DNA from: Hemiscyllium ocellatum
Lineage: Eukaryota
DNA: 64,000 bases
NCBI RefSeq assembly: GCF_020745735.1
Contig: NC_083408.1
Coordinates: 76,290,484 to 76,354,483, forward strand
Direction of reading: 5' to 3'
Shown here: positions 13,424-26,399 of the stretch, in pieces
How positions within the stretch are numbered: position 1 is the first letter of the stretch
Layout of the letters: every line of letters starts with the position of its first letter
Notes under the pieces: model-generated
Told to the model about the DNA's origin: nothing
What the model saw: the letters and a program-made list of their open reading frames with translations, nothing else
The model's database searches: none
Made by a program: the position numbers and the translations under genes

Positions 13424-15645
13424 TTGAGCTCAGTACCCTAGTCCTGCCAATCATACCCTCCCACACCTTGATCACTAGCTGCAAGAGCTATATCCATCTC
13501 CTTGAAACACATGTTGGTCTCTACTACTTTCTGTGAAAATGAACTGTCTAGTTAAAGAAATATTTCCTCTGGTTCTGGACTCTTCCAAAACTGGGAACAT
13601 TTTTCCTGCATCCGCACTGTCTGGCCCTGTTAGAACTTTATAGGTTTCTATGAGATTTTTTCCCCCCTCATTCCTTTAAACTTCAGTTAATACAATCCTA
13701 ACTGTCTCAATCTCTCCTCATAGTCCTATCATCCCAGAATCAGTTTGGTAAACCTTCACTGCATTTACTCAATAACAATCATAAGTGTTATCAGATAAGG
13801 AGACAAAAACTGCACTACTATTCAATGTGTGACCTGTATAACTGCAGCATGATCATCCTTGTTCCTGTATTCAAATCTTCAAATGAAGGCCAATGCACAA
13901 GTTGCCTTCTTTACTGCTGCACCTGCATGCCTGCTTCGGAGACTGGTACATGAGGACACCCAAGTCTCATTGATCATTCCCCATCTCACTTTACAACCAT
14001 CCAAGGATTAACCTGTTACCAAAGTAGAACTTCCTAATCTGCAGAATTGAAATGATATATTTGTAAGTAATATTGAAACTTCAATATTCTAAGCAAATTT
14101 CCCTCCCACCCACCACCACACTAGCTTATGCTTCTCTAAAGGAACTGGATCCAGCTCTTTGATAATTACTTGGCTACGCATTTTCATAGGTTAGAATCCT
14201 TACAGCGTTGAAGAAAGCCATTCGGCCTGTCGAGTCCAAAGAACGTCACACAGTTCCACCCCCTACCCTATCCCTATAACCCTGCATTTCACATGGCCAA
14301 TCCACAAAACCCGCACATCTTTGGACTCTGGGAAGAAACTGGAGAAAATCCCGCCATGCAGACATGGGGAGAATGTGCAAATTCCACAAAAACTGTTGCC
14401 TGAGGGTGGAATCAAAACCAGGTCCCTGCTACTGACCTCACTCCATTGAAGTCTTTCACTGCTTGATCAGGCCCTTTCCTCACTAAATCCTCTCCAGAAT
14501 TCTCTTGGCATTATTTGGTGATATGACTAGTTCCCAACAAAACTAAGTGCATTTCAAGGAAGGAAACAACTTGCATTAATAGTGACTCTTTGAAATCCAA
14601 ACTCTTCTGAAGCAGCATCATATGGGATTCAGCCTCTGTTTCTCTCTTCATAGATAGAACATAGAAAAATACAGTGCAGTACAGGCCCTTCAGCCCTCGA
14701 TGTTGCGCCGATCCCAGCCCACCTGACGTACAGTAGCCCACTTTCCTCCATATGCCTATCCAATGCCCGTTTGAATGCCCATATAGAGGGAGAGTCCACC
14801 ACTGTTACTGGCAGGGCATTCCATGAACTCACGACTCGCTGAGTAAAGAATCTACCCCTAACATCAGTTTTATACCTACCACCCCTTAATTTAAAGCTAT
14901 GCCCCCAGACAAAGTATGCTACCAGACATACTGAGTTTCTCCAGCTTGTTTTTTTTCAATTTCAGATTTCCATCATCTGCAGTATTTTGCTTTTACTTAT
15001 ATTGATGATAATGGTTTTTATAATGTCAATGTGCTCTGAAGCGCCACACAACCAGTGAAGTAATTTTAAACTGTACTTGTGTAATGAAAAAAAATGCCAG
15101 TTGGTTTTCGCATAGCTAAGGCCCATAAATGCAATGCGGTATGCAATGCAACAACATTGACTGAAACAATAAATGGATACATAAATGCAGATGCTTATTT
15201 TGATCTGGAAGCTTTTAAAGTATCTCATATGATATAAAGATAGAGAGGAAACAAGTTGTGAGGAGCCTACAAAGATTAAGCAAAGAGACATAGATAAAGA
15301 GATGGAGTATAGTGTGGAGTTATCCACTTAATAGGAAGAATTAAAAAAAGCAGAATATTGTTATTTAACTGGAGAAAGCAAGCTGCAAACAATAGAAGTC
15401 TAGGTATCCTGAATCTCTCAAAGTTAGAATGCAAGTACATCAATTAATTCAGCAAATGAATGCTAGCCCTTGTAGCTAAGCTAGATTGGAGTATAAAAGT
15501 GGGAAAGTCTTGCAACAACTATACAGTGCATTGATGAAATTGAAATGAAGTGCTTGACGCACTTACAATCTCCTTATTTAATTGCATTGGTAGCAATTCA
15601 GAACAGGTTCACTAGACTGATTCCTGGGAAGAAAGGGATATCTTT

Positions 15646-15956
15646 TCATAGAATCCCTACAGTGTGGAAATAGGCCCTTTGACCCAACATGTCCACACCA
15701 ACGCTCCGAACAGTATCCCACCCAGACCTATTCCACTACCCTATATTTAACCCTGATTAATGCACCCAACCCACATATCCCTGAACTATGGGCAATTAAG
15801 CATGGCCAAATCACCTAACCTGCACATCTTTGGATTGTGGGAGGAAACCCACACAGGCATGGAGAGAACGTGCAAACTCAACACAAACAGTCATGGGAGA
15901 TTGGAATCGAACCCAGGTCTCTGGCACTGCTAAGTATTGAGCCACTGTACCACCCT
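15646..15956 (-). mobile_element. HE1-like tRNA-derived V-SINE (further degenerate copies at about 12760-13040 -, 14190-14440 -, 29325-29440 +, 29670-29958 -)
   Basis: Reverse complement of the SINE at 21428-21748: A/B boxes, the TGTGTGGAGTTTGCAC core and a CR1-like 3' tail. Confidence 0.8.
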
Positions 15957-17154
15957 TTTGACTAAAGGATGAGCAGATTGGGCCTGTTGTCACTTGAATT
16001 TAAAATTTGTAAGGTTATCTTGTTGAGACATGACATTCTAACATAAATACTGAGATGATGTCTCCCATCTGGAATGGGGAAAATTTAAAATTCGGGGGGG
16101 CGATTCAAAATAAAGGGTCTCCCTGTTTATAACAGAAATGAGGTATTTTTCTGAGGGTCATTAATCTTTAGAATTCACTTCCACAGAACAGTGGAAGCTA
16201 GGTCAATGAATATATTCAAGGATGAGTTAGACAGATCTTAAATTGACACTTGAATTAGAATTGTGGTGGATAGGCAAGGAAATGGAGTTATCACCACAAT
16301 CCAAGCATGATCCTAATGAATGGTAGAGCAGGCTTGATGGGTCAAATGATTATTCTTGCTCCAATTTCTCATGAGCTTTGGAACTTATGGTTGCCTGTGC
16401 ATACATTAGATCCTTAAACGTGTCTGTTCCCACTTATCAATGCACAAATCAGATGTTGGATTGTTAGAATATTAGAATGTTACAAATATTGAAAGTCATA
16501 GAGTTGAATTAAATCCTTCCATTCTCACCTGACATTATTGTACTTTTCCAGTGCTCTGCTAAGCTCACAAAATGTGGCCCTGCACCCCAGGGGAGGCAAT
16601 AGCCTAGTGGTATTTTCACTTGCTTGTTAATCCAGAGACCCAGGAATATGCTGGGGATCCAGGTTCAAATCCAATGATGGCAGATGGTTGAATTAAGAGT
16701 GTAATGATGACCATTGTTGATTGACAGCTCATCTGGTTGTCCATGCCTAGTCTGGCCACATCTGGTTGTCCTTACTTTGTCTGGCCTACGTGTGACTCCA
16801 GGCCCACAGCAATACCCTATTTATCCTCTGGGCAATAGATGCTGGCCTAGTCAGCTACACCCTCATCCTGGGAATGATTTCAAACTCTTAATCTCCTCTT
16901 GCTGTACAAACCAAATTGTGGATATTTATGTAAGTGCATGTTTCTAGGACACATGTATGTGACTCTCCTATTGCATGTGACGTGTTGACCTAGTGTTTCA
17001 AAACAATATTAGAGAGCAGGGAGAATTGAAATGAACCAGAATAATTCAATCCCCTTTGAAGTCATACATTCGGTCCTTTTGTCTTACAGTTTACAGTAAT
17101 TACCTTAACATACTGCAATTTAAAAATCTTCAAAATAGTGTTGGTTTCTTCACT

Positions 17155-18924
17155 TAAGGTTGTACGTTTGCTCACTGAGCTGTAGATTTGTTCTCAGACA
17201 TTTTGTCACCATGCGAGGTAACATAATCAGTGAGCCACCGATGAAGCTCTGGTGTTCTGTCACTCTTGCTATTTATCTGTCTTGGTCTGTTATGGTGGGT
17301 GATATAATTTCTGGTTCTTTTTCTGAGAGGTTGGAAAATGGGGTCCAATGTTTGTTAATGGATAAAAGGGTCAGTTAGACTCGAAACGTCAGCTGTTTTA
17401 TCTCCTTACAGATGCTGCCAGACCTGCTGAGATTTTCCAGCATTTTCTCTTTTGTTTGTTAATGGAGTCTTGGTTGAATGCCAGGCCTCTAGAAATTCCC
17501 GTGTGTGTCTTTGTTTAGCTGTCCCAGGATGGATGTGTTGTCCCAGTTGAACAGATGTCCCTCTTCGTCTGTGTGTATGGATACCACTGGTCATTGGGTC
17601 ATGTCCTTTGGTGGCAAGTTGGTGCTCATGTATCCTGGTGGCTTGTTTCCTGCCCGCCTATCCAATGTAATGTTTTTTGCAGTCCTTGCAGTGTATTTTA
17701 TATATGACATTCGCTCTGCTGTTTGTTGGTACAGGGTCCTTTAAATTCGTCAGGACCTGTTTGAATGTGGTGGTAAGTTTGTGGGCTACCATGATGCCTA
17801 GGGGCTGGAGTAGTCTGGTCGTCATCTCCAAGATGTTTTTAATGTATGCAGGCTAAAGTTTCTGGGCATGTTGCGACTTCTTGTTTAGATCTGTTGTGTA
17901 GGAATTGGCGGACTCCCCTTATCAGCTACCCGCTGTTCCTGAATACGTTGTATAGGTGTTTTTCCTCGGCTTCTCTTAGTTCCTGGGTGCTGCAGTGTGT
18001 TGCAGCATAAGCGAAGCTGCATCAGGACATTATTTAAATGTGTCACAACACACTGCAGCATCCAGGAACTAAAAGATGCTGAGGAAAATAATCTGTACAA
18101 TGTATTTAGGAACAACAGGTACCCGATAAGCGCAATCCACCAATTCCTACACAACTGACCTAAACAAGAAGTCACAGCACGCCCAGAAACTCTAGCTACC
18201 CTGTCAGACATTAAAGACATCTCGGAGATGACAACCAGACTACTCAGACCCCTAGGCATCATGGTAGCCCACAAACCTACGAACACACTGAATTTAAAAG
18301 CCCAACAACCAGCAGAACAGACGTCATTTACAAAATACACTGCAAGGACTGCAGTAGACTTTACATTGGACAGACTGGCAAGAAACTAGCCACCAGGATA
18401 CATGAGCACCAACTAGCCACCAAAAGACATGACCATATATCATTAGTATCCATACACATAGATGAAGAGCGACATCCATTCAAAATTGAGATAATACATC
18501 TATCCTGGGACAAGCTAAACAAGGACATACACGGAATTCCTAGAGTCCAGGCATTCAAACCAGAACTCCAGTAACAAACATATCGATTTGGACCCCATTT
18601 ACCTACCTCTCAAAAAAGAACCAGAAGTGATATCACCCACCACAACAGACCAAGACAGATAAGTAGCAAGCGGAACAGAACACCATCGAAAGCTTGCTGA
18701 TAATGTTGCTTATGCCCAAAACGCAGCTTCTCCTGCTCCCCTGATGCTGCCTGACCTGTGCTTTTCCAGCACCACACTCTCAAATCTAATCTCCAGCATC
18801 TACAGTCCTCACTTTCGCTTCATTGATGAAGTTACCTAGCATGGTGACCAAACGTCTGAGAACAAATCTACCAGCTCAACAAGCAAACTTAGAATCTGAG
18901 CTACAAATCTTCTCCAAAGTCACA
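17155..18924. mobile_element. Penelope-like element (GIY-YIG end) as a large inverted repeat with 11-bp TSD; two short nested insertions
   Basis: Remnants of a GIY-YIG domain (VIYKIHCKDC..YIGQTGKKLATRIHEH; REFLEAWHS) on both arms, with the fold-back centre at about 18010-18040. GTTTCTTCACT is duplicated at 17144-17154 and 18925-18935. Confidence 0.8.
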
Positions 18925-19577
18925 GTTTCTTCACTATTTCTGGGGCAAGATGAGAATTTATTGTAGTCAACAAGTGCTAATGATGTGGAATGTGTTCCTG
19001 CAAAAATAATGAATGCTGATTTGTTGGTACATTTTACAAGGTAATTATATCTCTGTTTAAAAGAGGAAAAGGATTCTTAGACTCTAGGTAAGTAGTAACG
19101 GATGAGACTAATTCGAATAAACGCTTTCAGAAAACAGGCAAGATGAACTGAATAATTCTAATGAGCTGGAAGATGCAAAATCAAGTCTTAGCAGTACCAC
19201 CAGGGGTGAGAGGATGTAATTTTTGCATGGCAAGTTTGCATAGATTCATTCCAGTAATAAAATGAACACATTGATGTACTATACATGGGAAAATTGACAA
19301 TAGGAGGTCAGGTTTAGTAGATAGAACTGTAACAGACATCATTTTTAAATTACACTTGTGCACCTGTTATTTTAGTTTGTCTCCCAATTAATTTTGGACT
19401 GTTTGGTAATTCTTTGAGCTATAATTTTGGTGAAATTCATTGTGATCAGTTGCCTAAAGTATAGCTGCTAACACACTGTACCTCATTGCTTGTTTACAAA
19501 ATGTATGCAGACTAGAACCTTGCCTGCATTTTCCCAAAGATTACACAGAAATATATGGATGAGGAAAAACATATGAT

Positions 19578-19950
19578 GTCAGCCATGGCTCAGATGGTAG
19601 CACTTTTGCTTCTGAATTACTAGGCTCTTGGTTAAGTCCCATTCCAGGGCTGAACACAGACGTAAAGGCTAATGCTGCAATGCATGACAGAGAGAGTCAT
19701 GTCCCATAGCACTATTATAAAGAAGCACAATGGGATTGCTTTTGTTGACCCGACCAGTATTTGTCCCTCAATCAACATCAATAAAGTAGATTATGTTGTC
19801 ATTGTTTGTGAGGGAGTTTGGTGTGCACATATTAGCTTCTGCATTTGCTACATTACAACAGTGACTGTGCTTCAAAAAGTATTTCATTTGGTTGGAAATT
19901 GCTTTGAGTAATTTAACGATCACAGAAAGCTGGTCATTTTCTTTTTATTG
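19578..19950 (+). mobile_element. Deu-domain SINE (AmnSINE1/SacSINE1-like); more copies at about 10530-11010 -, 20120-20730 +, 24760-25120 -, 27060-27430 -
   Basis: tRNA-like head GCCATGGCTCAGATGGTAGCAC followed by a Deu-like core (GCACTATT..AAGAAG.., CCCTCAATCAACATC, CATTACAACAGTGACT..CTTCAAAA, GCTTTG). Confidence 0.65.
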
Positions 19951-20870
19951 TTTGCTGTGTCCTTCAACACTGACCTCCTCCCCCCCTCCTCACCTGAGTG
20001 CCCTTGAATGACCTGGGTTTCTCGCTCTAATGTCTCGGCTTGACCAACAATGTGTGTTTTCATCGTGAAAATAATACTAAACAGAAACTTGTCTTTTGCT
20101 GGTTTGCCCTTGTAAGTTTTAGCTGTGGCTCAGCTAGTAGCCGTTTTGCCTTCAAGCCAGAAAGTTTCAAGTTCACGTCCTACTGTAGGATTTCACAAAA
20201 TTCAAGCCTACTCCACATTGCCTTTCTGAGAGTTTTTTTTACCACAGAGACCGTGGAGGCTGACTAGTTAATATAGTCAAGGCTGAGCTCAACCAATAAA
20301 AAGGGGTATAGGGAAAGGGCAAAAAAATAGAGTTAAGGTTTGTCACATCAGTTCTCATTTAAGGGCAGAGTAGATTCAATGGGCCAAATGATTGACTTCT
20401 GCTCCAATATCTACATTTTAAGACTGCACAGCCTGAAGTGTGATCTTCTACATGATATATTAAATTCTTATCTGTTTTCTGAGATAAATTCCATGGAACT
20501 ATTTTAAGAAAGCAGGAGAGTTATTTCTGTTCAATGTTTATTTTTGAATCAATATCACTAAAAAGATTCTGAACATCATCACATTGCTTTCGTGGGAGTT
20601 TGCTGTATGCAAATTGGCTACATTGTTTTTTATATTACAGCAATGATTATTCTTCAAAAGTACTTGATTGGTTATAAAGCAGTTTGAACGTCCAAAGGTT
20701 TTGAGAAGCACTCTTTCAATGCATGTCTTTTCCAGCAATTTCATGTATTTTGAAATAATTGACAGTGTTTACTTGTTCCGTTTCACTTAGCATTATGTAC
20801 ATCTCTGTAGTATCTGCTGTTATTGGCTCCATCTGTCAGAGCTGAAGAGTCCAGGATTTTCTAATCTCTC

Positions 20871-22000
20871 AATCAGATGAGCCAATGGGCTGAGGAGTGG
20901 CAGGTAGAATTTAATTTGTATAAATGTGAGGTGCTACATTTTGGGAAAGCAAATCTTAGCAGGACTTCTACACTTAATGGTAAGGTCCTCTGGAATGTTG
21001 TTGAACAAGGAGACCTTGGAGCGCCGGTTCTTAGCTTCTTGAAAGTAGAGTTGCAGTTAGATAGGAAAGTGAAGAAGGTATTTGGTATGCATTTCTTTAT
21101 TGGTCAGAGTATTGAGTACAGAACATTGGTTAGGCAACATTTTGAATATTGCATGCAATTCTGGTCTTGGAAGGATGTTGTGAAACTTGAAAGGGTTCAG
21201 AAAAGATTTACAAGGATGTTGACAGGGTAGGAGGATTTGAGCTATAGGGAGAGGTTGAATAGGCTAGGGCTGTTTTCTCTGGAGCATTGGAGGCTGAGAG
21301 GTGACCTTATAGAGGTCTATAAAATCATGAGGGGCATGGATAGGGTAAATAGACCAGGTCTTCTCCGTGAGGTGGGGTGAGTCCAGAACTAGAGGGCATA
21401 GGTTTAGGGTGAGAGGGGAAATATGTGGGCGGCATGGTGGCACAGTGGTTAGCACTGCTGCCTCACAGCGCCTGTAGACCCGGGTTCAATTCCCGACAGG
21501 CGACTGACTGTGTGGAGTTTGCACGTTCTCCCCGTGTCTGCGTGGGTTTCCTCCGGGTGCTCCGGTTTCCTCCCACAGTCACAAAGATGTGCGGGTCAGG
21601 TGAATTGGCCAAGCTAAATTGCCCATAGTGTTAGGTAAGGGGTAAATGTAGGGGTATGGGTGGGTTGCACTTCGGCGGGTCGGTGTGGACTTGTTGGGCC
21701 AAAGGGCCTGTTTCCACACTGTAAGTCTAATCAATGTAAGTCTAATCAATGTGAAAGAAACCTAAGGGGCAATTTTTTCACACAGAGGGTAGTACATATG
21801 TGGAATGGGCTGCCAGAGGAAGTGGTGGAGACTAGTACAATTGCAACATTTTAAAGGCATCTGGATGGGAATATGAGTAGGAATGGTTGAGAGGGATATG
21901 GGCCGTGCTGGCAGGTGGAACTAGATTGGGTTGGGATATCTGGTCAGCATAGAAGAGTTGGACCGAAGAGTCTGTTTCCTTGCTGGACATCTCTATGACT
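20871..22000 (+). mobile_element. CR1 LINE 3' fragment interrupted by a SINE
   Basis: WAEEWQVEFN..KCEVLHFG and LERVQKRFTRM motifs; CTCTATGACT tail; same family as 3048-7260. Confidence 0.85.
21428..21748 (+). mobile_element. Young HE1-like V-SINE inserted in CR1
   Basis: A box GGTGGCACAGTGG, B box GGTTCAATTCC, V-domain core TGTGGAGTTTGCACGTTCTCCCCGTGTCTGCGTGGGTTTCCTCCGGGTGCTCCGGTTTCCTCCCAC, tandem tail TGTAAGTCTAATCAA x2, ATGTG on both flanks. Confidence 0.88.
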
Positions 22001-22785
22001 ACTCAAAATGTAGTTCTGTCACTTTATATTTTAGCCTCCTGACTCTTTGCACAATTTCTGACTTAAATGTTGTATCTTGGTTAGCAGAACTGAACAGGAT
22101 TGCATTTTTGTATTTCACTGAAAGCACTCAGCAAGCCAGGAAGTACTTTGGGGAGGGAAGTACAATCTAGTTTACATCAATGACCTTTCATTGGAATTGA
22201 AAGATAGAGGTGAAGCATTTTTAAACAATTATGAAATTAAGCAAAAGAGAGCAGGGAAGGTATAAAACTGAAAAGTGACTGATAAGGTGGAAGAAAAGAG
22301 TAATTCGTTAACTAAATAGTATTGTATTGTGAATGGTCAGAAGAAAAGGGAAAATAGATGAAATCAGAGGATGTATAAAAAGAAAGGATAACAATAGGGC
22401 AGACGACTATGAATCTCAGTTGCATGAAGATAGATATTCAGAGTGCAGACTACAGCGTTGGCTTAACGTTAAGGCTGTGAAATGATGAGTAGAAAAATGT
22501 GGTGCTGCTCCTTAAGTCTCAATTAAATGGGACAATACTCAGGCAGCTAAGGACAACAAGGTCAAAGTGGAATAGCCAATTAAAGTAGCTAGTGACCTGA
22601 CGCTAAAACTGAGGTAACTAGCAAAGTCATGACAAGAAATCTGCCACAAAATTGGCAATTATACAGTTATCTCAGTGAGGTTGGGCAGAATACGTTTCAG
22701 AAAGCATTTTGTTCGTTAAATACTGAAATGAGCAGTAATTTGTCAAATCAACATTTTTTTCCCTCTCAAAAATAGTAAGGGGTGA

Positions 22786-23148
<363 letters not shown>

Positions 23149-26100
23149 ACAGTACCGGATTCTATTTGAAATAATAAAATTGTTGGAACACATTTTTTAA
23201 AAATCTTACTATTTCCAGTATAATCTAAAGGTTCTTTCAAATATCACTCCTATTAATCAGAAATTACAGCTGCAGTTCACTGGTGGTTTTGTTCATGGTT
23301 GGATTTTGGAATGATGTAAATAGCCATTGCTTCCCCATTAAGTAAGAGGTAGATGGAAAGGCCGCCGCTGAGTTTCCAGATTGCATTTGCATTTCTTTTT
23401 GCAGCTCTTATCCTGTGGCGTTGGCAAAGATTTTCAAGTAATTTTCATACTTGTCTTTTCCACTTATTTGTCACTTAGTGGTATTTGCTTTATTATGATA
23501 TCATCAGTGAAATAATAGAGCTGCTATGATCTAAATTGCCTAGCAACATAGAATTACGTTTGCTACATTCATATGTATAGCGTGCCTCAACTTTTGTTAG
23601 AAATCAATGCATCTTCACTCTGCAATAAATCTGTTTCCAAGGGCTTGTTTAAGGTTGCCCTTAAGCAGACATCACAGATCTGTAAGTCTTATCAATTTTT
23701 CTTTATTGGTGAGATGTAATTACTGCCAGCCAGGCCAGCATTTAGTGTCCATTCTAGTTTACTTTGAGAAAAGTGGTGTGGTGAGTTCCCTACTTGAACC
23801 TCTACAAACCATTTTGTGTAGGTACAGATTCAGACTCTTGTAGGGAGAATGTTTTGTGATTTTTGATCTAAAGATGGTAAAGGAATGGCAATATCTTTTC
23901 AAGTCAGGCTGCTGTATGACTTTGAGGGAAGTTTGCAGATAGTGTTGGGCGATGTTGTTGAAGAAGCTATGGCAAGTTGCAGCGATGCACCTTTTAGCTG
24001 ATATACACTACTGCCACTGTGCTCCACTGAATGGTTACGGTGACGGATGTGGTGCCAATCAAGTAGATTGTTTTTCATGATGCCAATCTTCTTGACAATT
24101 GGACAATATTCTATCATTCTCCTGACTTGTGCCTTGTAGGTCTTTGGGGAGTCAGGAGATGAGTTACTTCACAGAAGTGTTATTATGCAGAAGGAGGCTA
24201 TTTGGCCCATCCATCTGCACCAGCTCATTAAATGAGCATCATTACTTCTGCTTTTTCCCTAAAACCTTGTACAGTATGTTTATCAAAATAATCATCCAAT
24301 GCCCACATGAATTCCTCACTTGACACACAATTCCTGGCCTCTGATCTGTCACTGTAGCCACAGTATTTAATAACTTGTCCAGTTCTGTTTCATCTCAAAG
24401 GTAAACCCTGGGTTGGTATAGTGGGAAATTCAGCAATGGCAATGACTTTGAATGTGAAGGGAAAGTGGTTTTTCTCTTTGAAATGGCATTGCTGTGATAC
24501 TAATGTTACTTGCATATAGTGACTCTATCCATCAAGCGTTAGAGATTATGTAAAGCCTTTTGTTCTTGCAAATGACATTCAAAGTTTCCATGACTTAGCT
24601 GCTCTTTGTGATATTGGGCAATACAGCCAGAGAAACTCTCATCTCCTGAAACAGCTAGTCTCATTTGGGGCTGAAAAATGTGAATGATTAAACTTGCCCC
24701 CGATGTGTTGAATACCTTACTGCTTGTCACTTTCATGACCAATACAGCACTTAGACCTTTCATACCCATGGGATGTCACAAAGGGCTTCATAGCCAATGA
24801 CCTACATTTGAAATGTTGTCATTATTGTAGTATAGACAATTTGCACACCAAAGTTCCCACAATAGTAGCGATATGAGCAGCCTTATTATTGATTGAGGAA
24901 TAAATATTAGGTAGGACATTGGGATAATTTTCATGCTCTTTGAATTGTGCAGTGGGATGTTTTGTGAGATCTGATAATCTCAGATGAAGGCTGTGTTTAA
25001 CATCCTAGTGAAATGAAAATGCCTCCATGAGTATTGCACTGAAGTGGCAGCCTAAATTATGTATTGAAATCTCTCAGGTGTCAAGTCTTGAATCACATAC
25101 CACCCACCATAGGTGCAAGCATTACCAGCAAGTAAGCGACAGCTGACATGTGAAGAGGACAACAGAAATTGGATCCTGTCAATGGAACCATACTGCAGGA
25201 GTTTTAAATCTTTGTGAAACCCGAATACAGTAAACATATGTCAATTGTATTTATCATTTATTAGAAACTAAAAACAAGTGCTAAGGTATAACTTCAGAAG
25301 ATTAATTTTTGCTCTTTAATTGTTCATCATTATTGATGATGTTTGTGTCAAAGCAAAGCATTTATAGAATTTATTTTCATCTCAAAACCATAAAATAAGT
25401 GAGGATGAGGAATGCAATTTGGTTATCTCAATTGACCAGTGTAAAAAAATGAACAATCATACCACTCTACTCTCTTTCCTATTCTGACAAATATGTAAAT
25501 ATTTATAATTTTTTTTGCTACAAAGCATTGAGACTTGCTCTTTGTTTTTGATCTCTTAGTTCACTTGTATTTACACAGTAAACTTTGAAGTATTGATTCA
25601 GGTTTAACTTGGACTATTTAATAGCTTAGAGATTGGTGCTCAGTTGTCATGTTCAAACCTGAAGTGGCAAGATACTCCTACCGTTTCTCCTTCTGTTCTG
25701 TAACACTTGTGATTAACCTTGTGACTTTACTCAACAATTTCACAAAGTATGATTGCTTGAGTTAGAAACACCAGGATGTAGTGCGCCCAAGTATAGCCTA
25801 ACAAGAACTCCATAGCACGTTTTCAGTTTTACTGAAAATCATTGGCTGCAAGACATCCTCTAAAGATGAGGAAAATAATCAGAAGTTATGATTTCCAATG
25901 AAACCAGTGACATAGGTAGGAAAAGGAAGAGGTCCTGGACACAGAGATTTGTGGAATTCAGAAAAAATTAAAGTGCAAAAACTCAAAGAGGGTTGTCTCT
26001 AAGTTGTTTCCAGTACTAAATTCTGATTTTTTTAATACTTTTGTAGATGTGATACCACTGGTAAGGCTAGTATTTGTTTCCCATCCCAAACTGCCTTTGA

Positions 26101-26399
26101 ATTATGAAGATTATTAAGTATTTTCAGAAGGCAGTTAAGAGTCAACTGCATTGCTATGAGTATGGAGTCAGATTAGGCTAGACCAGGTAAAGATGATGTA
26201 CTTCATTCTCTGGAGGGTATTAATGAACCCGCATGGGTGTATATGACAATTGATAGTTTCACACTCCTTACTTAATATGGGTTAGATTTATGGGTGGCAT
26301 GTTTATAGCATTGATGGAGATTACAAATCTCCAGTGAGCTAATACATCTGTAAGGATGCTTCAAAGACTGAATTTGTTTGGTTATGGTTAAGCAACTGA

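Noticed and set aside
21428-21500. tRNA gene
   Set aside because: The A/B boxes belong to a SINE head that continues into the SINE core and a LINE-like tail; there is no cloverleaf or terminator.
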